A stretch of 32,000 nucleotides of DNA from Erysipelothrix inopinata (GTDB taxonomy: Bacteria; Bacillota_I; Bacilli_A; Erysipelotrichales; Erysipelotrichaceae): contig NZ_CP060715.1 in NCBI RefSeq assembly GCF_014396165.1, positions 1,410,001 to 1,442,000 of the forward strand. The letters run 5' to 3'. A program made the translations under genes and the position numbers. Below the pieces are notes generated by a model. That model was given only the letters and a program-made list of their open reading frames with translations. It was not told where the DNA came from and did not search any database. Shown in pieces: positions 10,404 through 18,498 of this stretch. Every line of letters starts with the position of its first letter. Positions within the stretch are counted from its first letter, which is position 1.

Positions 10404-11810
10404 ATGGTAGTTGGAGATTTAGCTTTAGAATTAGAAACAGTTGTTATTGGATCAGGTCCTGGTGGATATGTTGCAGCAATTCGTGCAGCACAACTTGGCC
10501 AAAAAGTAGCAATTATTGAAAAAGATGAAATCGGTGGTGTTTGTCTTAACGTAGGATGTATTCCTTCAAAAGCATTAATCAATGCAGGACACCGTTACCA
10601 AGAATCAATGAACTCACAAACATTCGGAATCACAGCAGAAAATGTTGCAATTGATTTCGAAAAAACTCAAGCTTGGAAAGACAATGCAGTTGTTAATAAA
10701 TTAACTTCAGGTATTGCTATGTTATTGAAAAAGAATAAAGTTCAAATTATCAAAGGAACTGCATTCTTTAACGATACACACCAATTACGTGTTGTGAATG
10801 GTGAAGAAGCACAATCATATACATTCAAAAATGCAATCATTGCTACAGGTAGCCGTCCAATTGAAATCAAAGGTTTCAAATTTGGTAAACGTATCATTGA
10901 TTCAACAGGTGGATTAAACTTAAAAGAAATTCCTAAGAAACTTGTTGTTATCGGTGGTGGATACATTGGTAGTGAGCTTGCAGGAGTATATGCAAACTTA
11001 GGTTCAGAAATTACAATTTTAGAAGGTGCACCTTCAATCTTGCCTCAATTTGATAAAGACATGATTAAACTTGTAACGAATGAATTTGAAAAGAAAAACG
11101 TTAAAATCGTAAACAACGCAATGGCTAAAGAAGCAAAAGAAACTAAAGACGGTGTTGAAGTCACTTATGAAGTAGACGGAAAAGCTGAAACAATTAGTGC
11201 TGACTATGTCATGGTTACTGTTGGACGTCGTCCAAATACAGATGACTTAGGACTTCAAGTTGCTAACGTTGAAACAAACGGACGTGGTTTAATCACAGTT
11301 GATAAACAAGGACGTACAAGCCAAAAACATATCTTCGCTATTGGGGATGTTGTTCCAGGACTTGCATTAGCTCACAAAGCATCATACGAAGCTAAAGTTG
11401 CTGCTGAAGCACTTTGCGGAGAAGATGTTGAAGTTGACTATGTCGCAATCCCTGCAGTTTGCTTTACAGATCCAGAACTTGCAACTGTTGGTTTAACAGA
11501 AAAAGAAGCAAAAGATCAAGGATTAAGCGTTAAAGTATCCAAGTTCCCATTCGGAGCTAACGGACGTGCATTATCACTTAATGCTTCAGAAGGATTTGTA
11601 CGCTTAGTATCAGAAAAAGAAACAGGACTTCTACTTGGTGGACAAGTAGCGGGTGTTGGAGCTAGTGATATTATTGCTGAAATCGGTCTTGCTGTTGAAG
11701 CACGTATGAATGTTGAAGATCTTTCATTAACAATTCATGCACATCCTACATTGTCAGAAACAGTTATGGATGCTTCAGAAATTTCAATTGGATTACCAAT
11801 CCACATTTAA
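10404..11810 (+). CDS. pdhD: Dihydrolipoyl dehydrogenase (E3)
   Basis: It has the FAD motif [17 protein letters not shown], the redox-active disulfide [13 protein letters not shown], and the C-terminal HAHPTLSE. Confidence 0.95.
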   Translation: MVVGDLALELETVVIGSGPGGYVAAIRAAQLGQKVAIIEKDEIGGVCLNVGCIPSKALINAGHRYQESMNSQTFGITAENVAIDFEKTQAWKDNAVVNKLTSGIAMLLKKNKVQIIKGTAFFNDTHQLRVVNGEEAQSYTFKNAIIATGSRPIEIKGFKFGKRIIDSTGGLNLKEIPKKLVVIGGGYIGSELAGVYANLGSEITILEGAPSILPQFDKDMIKLVTNEFEKKNVKIVNNAMAKEAKETKDGVEVTYEVDGKAETISADYVMVTVGRRPNTDDLGLQVANVETNGRGLITVDKQGRTSQKHIFAIGDVVPGLALAHKASYEAKVAAEALCGEDVEVDYVAIPAVCFTDPELATVGLTEKEAKDQGLSVKVSKFPFGANGRALSLNASEGFVRLVSEKETGLLLGGQVAGVGASDIIAEIGLAVEARMNVEDLSLTIHAHPTLSETVMDASEISIGLPIHI

Positions 11811-11828
11811 TTCAATAAATTATTACTT

Positions 11829-11857
11829 AAAAGAGCACATATTGTGCTCTTTTTTTC
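11829..11857 (+). terminator. Rho-independent terminator of the lplA-pdh cluster
   Basis: AGAGCACA (11832-11839) pairs with TGTGCTCT (11843-11850), followed by TTTTTT. Confidence 0.85.
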
Positions 11858-11901
11858 TGTTCATGTAACAAGCGTTTTCATAAAAATATCACTTTGAAAG
11901 A

Positions 11902-11916
11902 AATTTTCAGAAAAAG
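11902..11916 (+). promoter_or_regulatory. CodY-box-like motif 1
   Basis: AATTTTCAGAAAAAG matches the Firmicute CodY consensus AATTTTCWGAAAATT at 13 of 15 positions. Confidence 0.45.
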
Positions 11917-12131
11917 TTACAAATTTGGTGTGATTGTATTCCTATTTAAAGGTATATTGAGGATCTTTTATTGAAAAATAGATCTGCATCATTTATTCCT
12001 ATTTGCACTCTACAGTAGATTTAAACGCGTTCTGAGTGGTTATTTAGAATAAAACAAGAGAAATGTCAAGTGCAAATGTAAAAATATGCATATTCTTTCA
12101 TATAATTTACAATTGGTTTCATTTTTATGAT

Positions 12132-12146
12132 AAAGTTCTGAAAATT
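12132..12146 (+). promoter_or_regulatory. CodY-box-like motif 2, abutting the -35 of the opp-like promoter
   Basis: AAAGTTCTGAAAATT matches AATTTTCWGAAAATT at 13 of 15 positions. It ends 3 nt before the TTGACA. Confidence 0.5.
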
Positions 12147-12149
12147 GCA

Positions 12150-12177
12150 TTGACATTTTTTCTGAATACTATATAAT
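12150..12177 (+). promoter_or_regulatory. Sigma-A type promoter for the Opp-like operon
   Basis: TTGACA (12150-12155), a 16-nt spacer, then TATAAT (12172-12177). It lies about 50 nt upstream of the AGGAGG RBS and the ATG at 12229. Confidence 0.7.
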
Positions 12178-12228
12178 ACATTCATACAGTCAGAACAATC
12201 TGTATAGGAAACAAGGAGGAGTAGTTTA

Positions 12229-14025
12229 ATGAAAAAACTAATGCTTACATTATTAGCTTCATTACTCGTGCTAGCTGGATGTAGTTCCAAAGGGTCAGGA
12301 AATACATTAACAGTTGCTGCCCCTGACAAACTAAAAGGTGACTTTGTCGCAGGATTTAGTTCAGGAGCATACGATGCTTGGGTAATGAGATTAATGGGAA
12401 ATCTATCAACAGGAGCTTCAACACATTATGTTGATCGCGCTACTGGAGAATATAAAGTTAATCCAACAGTTGTGGAAAAACTTGACATCAAAGAAGGTGA
12501 AAATGGAAATAAAACATATTCATATACTTTGAAAGATGGACTTAAATGGTCAGATGGTGAAGCTATCACTGCAAAAGACTTCGTATTTAGCGTATTATTC
12601 CGTTCATTAGGTGAATGGCAAAATGTTGCTACAATGGATGCTGGAGCACAAGACCTACTTGGATATAAAGCATACCAAGACGGTAGTTCAAAAGAATTTG
12701 AAGGTGTTAAGTACATTGATGACAAACACTTTGAATTAACAATCGATGGTGAAAACCTTCCTTACTACTACGAACAAACATTCGCAGCAGTTACACCTGA
12801 TCCAGCACATGCTTGGATGAAGGATGCTAAATTTAATGCAAATGGTAATGGATTCGACAACACAGCAGAAGAAATTGCTGCAGGTGTTAAGAACGTTGCT
12901 GAAAAAGAACGTTATGCTCCAACAGTTACATCAGGTGCATATAAATTCGACAGCTTCAAAGATGATACAGCAGTTGTTGTGAAAAACGATAACTATGCAG
13001 GAAACTTCGAAGGCGAAAAAGCTAAAATTGATAAAATTGTAGTTCGTGTTGTATCTACAGATGTTCAAGTTCAATCCCTTGAAAAAGGTGAAATTGACAT
13101 GGCTCCAGGTATGATCGAAGGAAAACATATCAATAAAGCTAAAGAATTAGACTTACCAATGCATACTTACCCACGTAATGGATTTGGTAACATCGTATTG
13201 AAGGCAAATAAATTCCCTACAGACATTACAGAAGTACGTCAAGCAATGGGATTCTTATTAGACCGTCAAGAATTTGTTAACAACATTGCTGGTGGATATG
13301 CAAAAGTTGTTGATGGTCCTTACGGATTATCACAATGGTTCTATACAGAAAACCAAGATAAGATTGAAAGCCAACTTATCAAATATACATATAACTTAGA
13401 TGAAGCTAACAAATTGTTAGATAAAACTGAATTTATTTATGAAGCAGATGGAAAAACTCCATTTGATGCATCAAAAGCAAGTGACACAGCAGCTTACTAC
13501 CGTCATAATAAAGATGGTAAACAATTAGCTGTAAAACACTTCGGAACTGAAAAGAATGACATCTCTACATTAATCAATACACAGTTGAAACCATCAGCTG
13601 CTAAAGTAGGTATGAACTTCTCAATGGATACAGGAGATTTTGCTACACTTGGAGATTACATGCAAGGACGTAAGGAAAATGATTACAACTCATTTAACTT
13701 AGCAACATCGTTTACTGCAATTTATGATCCATATACAGGATTCCACTCTGACTGGGTTGGACGTGGTACAAACTGGTCAGACTTAGCTGATAGCGAATTG
13801 GATAACTTGATTATGTCAATGCGCCGTCACGAACCAACAGACCGTGAAGGATTCTCAGATGATGTAGTTAAATATATTGTGCGATGGAATGAATTACTTC
13901 CTTCAATTCCTCTATATTCAAATACATACCACGATATCTATGCTAAACGTGTAGAAGGTATGGATAAGATTACGCCATTACTTAACTGGGATCAAACCAT
14001 TGAATATATTTCGATAGCAAAATAA
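12229..14025 (+). CDS. ABC transporter substrate-binding lipoprotein, family 5 (OppA/DppA-like peptide binding)
   Basis: 598 aa. The signal peptide carries the lipobox LLVLAGC. Size and context fit a family-5 SBP, and it is followed by OppB, OppC, OppF and OppD homologues. Confidence 0.85.
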   Translation: MKKLMLTLLASLLVLAGCSSKGSGNTLTVAAPDKLKGDFVAGFSSGAYDAWVMRLMGNLSTGASTHYVDRATGEYKVNPTVVEKLDIKEGENGNKTYSYTLKDGLKWSDGEAITAKDFVFSVLFRSLGEWQNVATMDAGAQDLLGYKAYQDGSSKEFEGVKYIDDKHFELTIDGENLPYYYEQTFAAVTPDPAHAWMKDAKFNANGNGFDNTAEEIAAGVKNVAEKERYAPTVTSGAYKFDSFKDDTAVVVKNDNYAGNFEGEKAKIDKIVVRVVSTDVQVQSLEKGEIDMAPGMIEGKHINKAKELDLPMHTYPRNGFGNIVLKANKFPTDITEVRQAMGFLLDRQEFVNNIAGGYAKVVDGPYGLSQWFYTENQDKIESQLIKYTYNLDEANKLLDKTEFIYEADGKTPFDASKASDTAAYYRHNKDGKQLAVKHFGTEKNDISTLINTQLKPSAAKVGMNFSMDTGDFATLGDYMQGRKENDYNSFNLATSFTAIYDPYTGFHSDWVGRGTNWSDLADSELDNLIMSMRRHEPTDREGFSDDVVKYIVRWNELLPSIPLYSNTYHDIYAKRVEGMDKITPLLNWDQTIEYISIAK

Positions 14026-14047
14026 TTTATTTTTAACAGTTAGTTAG

Positions 14048-14079
14048 ACTATAAGAAGTGCTCAGGCACTTCTTATAGT
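14048..14079 (+). promoter_or_regulatory. Perfect 14-bp intercistronic stem-loop between the SBP and permease genes
   Basis: ACTATAAGAAGTGC (14048-14061), loop TCAG, GCACTTCTTATAGT (14066-14079). There is no trailing T-run. Confidence 0.7.
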
Positions 14080-14100
14080 TGCGTAATAAAGGAGAATTGT

Positions 14101-15075
14101 ATGTTAAAGTATTTAGTAAAACGAATTATTTCATTAATTCCTGTCGTGATTGTAATTTCAATCATGCTTTTCGGCTTTGTTAAAATTATGCCTGGGGATC
14201 CAGTTTTAGGAATGATGAATCCGAATATTAAAGATCCAGTTGAATATCAAGCTCAAGAAGCTCGTATTAGAGAACAACTAGGATTGGATAAATCTCTACC
14301 CGAACAATATGTTAAATGGGTAGGCAATACTGTTAAGGGAGACTTAGGGTTCTCATTATCAGAAAGAAAACCGGTTAAAGATGTTATTGGTAGACCTTTG
14401 CAGAATACTATTTCTGTAAACGTGATCGCGATTACGTTATCTTTTATCATATCGGTTATCGTTGGTATTAAATCAGCGGTTAAACGAGGCGGATGGTATG
14501 ATAAAACATGGCAAGTGCTATCAATTATTGGTATGTCTATGCCGACACTTCTTATATCGATTTTACTTATTTATGTCTTTGCAATTAAGTTAGGATGGTT
14601 CCCAACTCAAGGTATGCCTGTTCAAGGTATGACCTCTGGGTTCGCAAGCGTTGTAGAATGGATGAAATATGCAACACTAGTAATTATGACTCTAACCATT
14701 GGATCACTAGCTTCTACAATTCGTTACGTTCGTAACGCTATGATTGAAGTTCTTAATAGTGATTACATTCGTACAGCACGTGCTAAGGGACTTTCAAATA
14801 AAGTTATTATCTATTCACATGCATTTAGAAATGCTCTAATTCCTGTTGTTACAATTCTAGCAGGCTCAATTGCAGGTATCTTTGGGGGTGCCGCTATTAC
14901 TGAAAGAATTTTCTCATGGAACGGGATTGGATCTGTTCTAGTTTCTGGTATCAATAGCCGTGACTATCAGCTTGTTCTGGCAATTAACATTTTCTACGCT
15001 ATTATATCGTTAGTATCAAACGTGGTAATGGATATAGGATACGCATTAGTAGATCCACGCGTTAAATTAGATTAG
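14101..15075 (+). CDS. Peptide ABC transporter permease, OppB/DppB-like
   Basis: 324 aa. It has the N-terminal MLKYLVKRIISLIPVVIVISIMLF, the EAA-loop region DYIRTARAKGLSNKVIIYSHAFRNALIP, and six hydrophobic segments. Confidence 0.9.
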   Translation: MLKYLVKRIISLIPVVIVISIMLFGFVKIMPGDPVLGMMNPNIKDPVEYQAQEARIREQLGLDKSLPEQYVKWVGNTVKGDLGFSLSERKPVKDVIGRPLQNTISVNVIAITLSFIISVIVGIKSAVKRGGWYDKTWQVLSIIGMSMPTLLISILLIYVFAIKLGWFPTQGMPVQGMTSGFASVVEWMKYATLVIMTLTIGSLASTIRYVRNAMIEVLNSDYIRTARAKGLSNKVIIYSHAFRNALIPVVTILAGSIAGIFGGAAITERIFSWNGIGSVLVSGINSRDYQLVLAINIFYAIISLVSNVVMDIGYALVDPRVKLD

Positions 15076-15088
15076 GAAGAGGAAAGTT

Positions 15089-16969
15089 ATGAAAGATAAT
15101 AAAAAACCAGGAATTTGGTCAAGTATTAAATCCATGTTCTCTTCATTATTCTCATTTGGACGAAATAAAAGTGAAAAAGAATTGGAAGAAATGATTGCAT
15201 CGGATGATTTCGTTGTCAGTCCAACAAAACAGATAATTAAAAACTTCTTTAGCAATAAACTTGGGGTAACAGGACTTGTAGCATTTATCTTGATTTTTGT
15301 TACAGTCTTCGGTGTTGCAGCTACACAAGATTACAATATGTATGATTATGAGCCACTCTTAAAAAATATGGCTCCTGGCCGTAATTACCTAAAAGTTGAT
15401 AGTAACTTACAAGGTAAAAATATTGTTGAAATATCAAGTGGTTCATCATTTTCTGTAGCACTTGATGATCAAGGTAAAGTTTACTTCTGGGGTCAAAACC
15501 CATCAAAACGTTATAAACTTGATTCAATCCTTGATAAAACAAAAGGTAAGAAAATCAAACATATTTCAGCTGGTACTGATCATATTATTGCAGTAGCAGA
15601 GGACAATAGCATTATTGGTGTTGGTAACCGATCATTTAATCAAACTGAATTAAATATTGAAGTTCTAGATTCAAAGGTACAACAACAATTAAGAAATAAA
15701 AATATTGTTAAAGTGGGCGCAGCTCAAGAAATTTCTGTAATCTTAACTGAAGATGGATTCATTCATCCTTGGGGAAGTACAATGAATAGTGGATTGGATT
15801 CAATCCCTGATGAGTATCAAGGTCATGTTAAAGACTTTGAAATTGCACCTTATAGTATTATTCTTACCTTAGATAATAACTCACTTGCAGTTATTGGTAA
15901 CCAATCGAACGAGGTTGCTGCTATTCCTGCTGAACTGAAATCAGGAGAAGTTAATGTCGTAGACGTTAAAATTTCCGGAACTTCAGCAATTGCAGTTGAT
16001 GATCAAGGAAAAATGTACACTTGGGGATCAGGTCAAAAAGGAATGTTAACACTTCCTGATTTTGATTCTAAAGTTGTATCACTAACTAAAACACAAGCTA
16101 CTTTTAATGCTTTAACAGAAAAAGGAACAGTATACTCATGGGGAGCTGATAGATACGGACTTCTTGATGTTCCTACAAAAGTACAAGGAAGTACCAAAGA
16201 AATCTATTCTGATATGTTCCAAATGTATGCAGTTGATGGTTCTAATAACGTAACTAGCTGGGGTAACAAAGGATTCTTACTGGGTTCTGATGACTTCGGA
16301 CGTGATTTAGCAGAACGATTAATTCAAGGTGGTAAGATTTCGTTAACAGTTGGTGCTGTTGCGATGTTAATTTCTACAATTCTTGGTGTGCTTGTTGGAT
16401 TAATTGCTGGGTATTATGGTGGCCGTGTTGACAATATCTTAATGCGTTTCGCAGAAATTGTGAGCTCTTTCCCATTCCTACCATTAGCAATTACGCTCTC
16501 GTCATTAATGCCTACTGACATGCCGGATATTCAACGTATTGGTATGATCATGGTTATTCAAGGGGTTCTCTCTTGGCCAGGAGTAGCGCGTCTTGTTCGT
16601 GGGCAAATTCTTGCAGAACGTGAGAAAGACTTTGTTCTTGCTGCGCGTGCTCTAGGTATCAAAGAAAACAAAATATTAATCAAACATATCCTTCCAAGTG
16701 TCTTCAACTTCATTATTGTAAGTATGACATTGGGTTATGCGTCGAGTCTTCTATCTGAAGCAGGACTTTCATTCTTAGGATTTGGTGTTCGTGTTCCGGC
16801 TCCATCATGGGGTAACATGCTTACAAACGTAGCGAACACAACAGTTATTGAATATTATTGGTGGCAATGGTTGTTACCTGCTCTGTGTGTTATGTTAACG
16901 GCTCTGTCTGTTAACTTGATTGGTGATGCATTACGAGACGCAATGGATCCAAAATCGAATCAGAAATAG
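15089..16969 (+). CDS. OppC/DppC-like ABC permease carrying a ~300-aa RCC1-like repeat (beta-propeller) insertion in the first extracytoplasmic loop
   Basis: 626 aa. TM1 is about aa 58-78. Seven repeats follow with ...AG/SG..h.hAh.DdG.hY.WG... signatures (aa ~110-395). Then come the canonical LLGSDDFGRDLAERL motif, five TM segments and the EAA-type FVLAARALGIKENKILIKHILP. Confidence 0.85.
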   Translation: MKDNKKPGIWSSIKSMFSSLFSFGRNKSEKELEEMIASDDFVVSPTKQIIKNFFSNKLGVTGLVAFILIFVTVFGVAATQDYNMYDYEPLLKNMAPGRNYLKVDSNLQGKNIVEISSGSSFSVALDDQGKVYFWGQNPSKRYKLDSILDKTKGKKIKHISAGTDHIIAVAEDNSIIGVGNRSFNQTELNIEVLDSKVQQQLRNKNIVKVGAAQEISVILTEDGFIHPWGSTMNSGLDSIPDEYQGHVKDFEIAPYSIILTLDNNSLAVIGNQSNEVAAIPAELKSGEVNVVDVKISGTSAIAVDDQGKMYTWGSGQKGMLTLPDFDSKVVSLTKTQATFNALTEKGTVYSWGADRYGLLDVPTKVQGSTKEIYSDMFQMYAVDGSNNVTSWGNKGFLLGSDDFGRDLAERLIQGGKISLTVGAVAMLISTILGVLVGLIAGYYGGRVDNILMRFAEIVSSFPFLPLAITLSSLMPTDMPDIQRIGMIMVIQGVLSWPGVARLVRGQILAEREKDFVLAARALGIKENKILIKHILPSVFNFIIVSMTLGYASSLLSEAGLSFLGFGVRVPAPSWGNMLTNVANTTVIEYYWWQWLLPALCVMLTALSVNLIGDALRDAMDPKSNQK

Positions 16970-17003
16970 GTAAAAATTATGACAAACAAATTAGATAGTA
17001 AGG

Positions 17004-18497
17004 ATGGGGTTCTACATGACAGATAAATTAGATAACGATGTACTTTTAAAAGTAGAACATTTACAAAAGTATTTTCCAATTAAAAAATCGAGTGTATTCC
17101 AACGTCGTCAAGATTATGTAAAGGCGAACAAGGACATTACAGTAAATATTCATAAAGGTGAAACATTAGGACTTGTTGGTGAATCCGGATGTGGTAAATC
17201 AACATTTGGTCGTACATTAATTCAACTTTATGATCAAACCGGTGGTGTATCTCTATACTACGGTGAAAAGATTGAAGACATGATGCCTACATATGTTGGT
17301 AAAGTGTATAAATCAATTCCTAAGGTATTCGTAAAACATGATGCTGACTATGCTGCCTTAAAGGTATGCCAAGAAGCTATTGTTGGTAAATCAGGTGAAG
17401 AATTTCTTGAAGCAAATGAAGCTTTAAGATTGAAAACGATTGAGTACGAAAACACATACGGAAATATTTTCCGTCTTGCTGGAGGATTACTCGTAAGTAA
17501 AGATTTAAATGCTGTAAGTTCACTTCTTCTTAAGAAATATAATAAGGGGAGTGTTCTTGCAAAACTTAATAAAGAAATTGACTTAGAAAAGATGAGAGCA
17601 AGTGTACATGGCGAAGAATCTACAAAGAAATTAGAAGAACTTCGTGGTAATGCTGAAAATGCTAAAAAGGAATTGGATCTTGTGAATGCTGAAGTTGAAG
17701 CATTTAAAGAACCACTTAGAAGTCATGCTCAATTTGATGAGTATGAAGCACTTCTTGATGATGGTATTGATTTATCATGCCTTAATAAAAAAGAAATGCG
17801 ATTCTTACGTAAAGACTTACAAATTATTTTCCAAGATCCATATTCATCACTTGATCCACGTTTAACTGTAGGAAATATCATTGGTGAAGGTCTCATTGCT
17901 CACAAAATCTTTAAGAGTAATAAGAGTGAAGGATATACTGAATACATTCAAGATATCATGGAAAAATGTGGTCTCAAGAAAGAATTTATTCACCGTTTCC
18001 CTCACCAGTTCTCTGGTGGACAACGTCAAAGAATCGGGATTGCTCGTGCTTTAGCACTTCGTCCTAAATTCATTGTATGTGATGAAGCGGTTAGTGCATT
18101 GGACGTATCCATCCAATCACAAGTTATTAACTTATTACAAGATCTTAAAGACGAACACAATTTAACATACCTTTTCATTACTCATGACTTGGGTGTTGTA
18201 CGTTTTATTAGTGACCGTATTGGTGTTATGTATTTTGGTAACTTAGTAGAACTTGCTCCTGCTCAGGATATCTTTACAAATCCACAACATCCTTATACTA
18301 AAGAATTATTGGCTGCGATTCCAAGAATGGAAAAAGACCAAGCAGAGATTGAGAAACTTTTAGTTAAAGTTGATAATCCTGATTTTGACTTTACATTTAA
18401 AGAAACTGGTGAAGCAGATAAAGACTGGCATGAAGTATCTCCTGGACACTTTGTTGCATGTCGACTCTTAAATCACAGTGTTAAGGGAGGAAAGTAA
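17004..18497 (+). CDS. Peptide ABC transporter ATP-binding protein, OppF-like, with a ~170-aa internal insertion
   Basis: It has Walker A GESGCGKST, signature FSGGQRQR, Walker B FIVCDEAVSALD, H-loop FITHDL, and an oligopeptide-type C-terminal HPYTKELL. A K/E-rich block at aa ~88-255 separates the Walker A region from the QIIFQDPYSSL Q-loop. The true start is more likely the ATG at 17016 (MTDKLDN). Confidence 0.9.
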   Translation: MGFYMTDKLDNDVLLKVEHLQKYFPIKKSSVFQRRQDYVKANKDITVNIHKGETLGLVGESGCGKSTFGRTLIQLYDQTGGVSLYYGEKIEDMMPTYVGKVYKSIPKVFVKHDADYAALKVCQEAIVGKSGEEFLEANEALRLKTIEYENTYGNIFRLAGGLLVSKDLNAVSSLLLKKYNKGSVLAKLNKEIDLEKMRASVHGEESTKKLEELRGNAENAKKELDLVNAEVEAFKEPLRSHAQFDEYEALLDDGIDLSCLNKKEMRFLRKDLQIIFQDPYSSLDPRLTVGNIIGEGLIAHKIFKSNKSEGYTEYIQDIMEKCGLKKEFIHRFPHQFSGGQRQRIGIARALALRPKFIVCDEAVSALDVSIQSQVINLLQDLKDEHNLTYLFITHDLGVVRFISDRIGVMYFGNLVELAPAQDIFTNPQHPYTKELLAAIPRMEKDQAEIEKLLVKVDNPDFDFTFKETGEADKDWHEVSPGHFVACRLLNHSVKGGK

Positions 18498-18498
18498 G

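Noticed and set aside
12066-12329. An 87-aa minus-strand ORF spanning the opp-like promoter and the SBP start.
   Set aside because: It overlaps the TTGACA/TATAAT promoter, the RBS and the signal-peptide coding region of a strongly supported plus-strand gene. It has no RBS.
15089-16969. The long OppC ORF as an artefactual fusion or assembly chimera of a secreted RCC1 protein with a permease.
   Set aside because: The canonical OppC N-terminal tail and TM1 precede the repeats. The canonical LGxDxxGRD motif and the permease core follow them in one uninterrupted frame. This fits an internal insertion rather than an end-to-end fusion, although read-level confirmation is still advisable.
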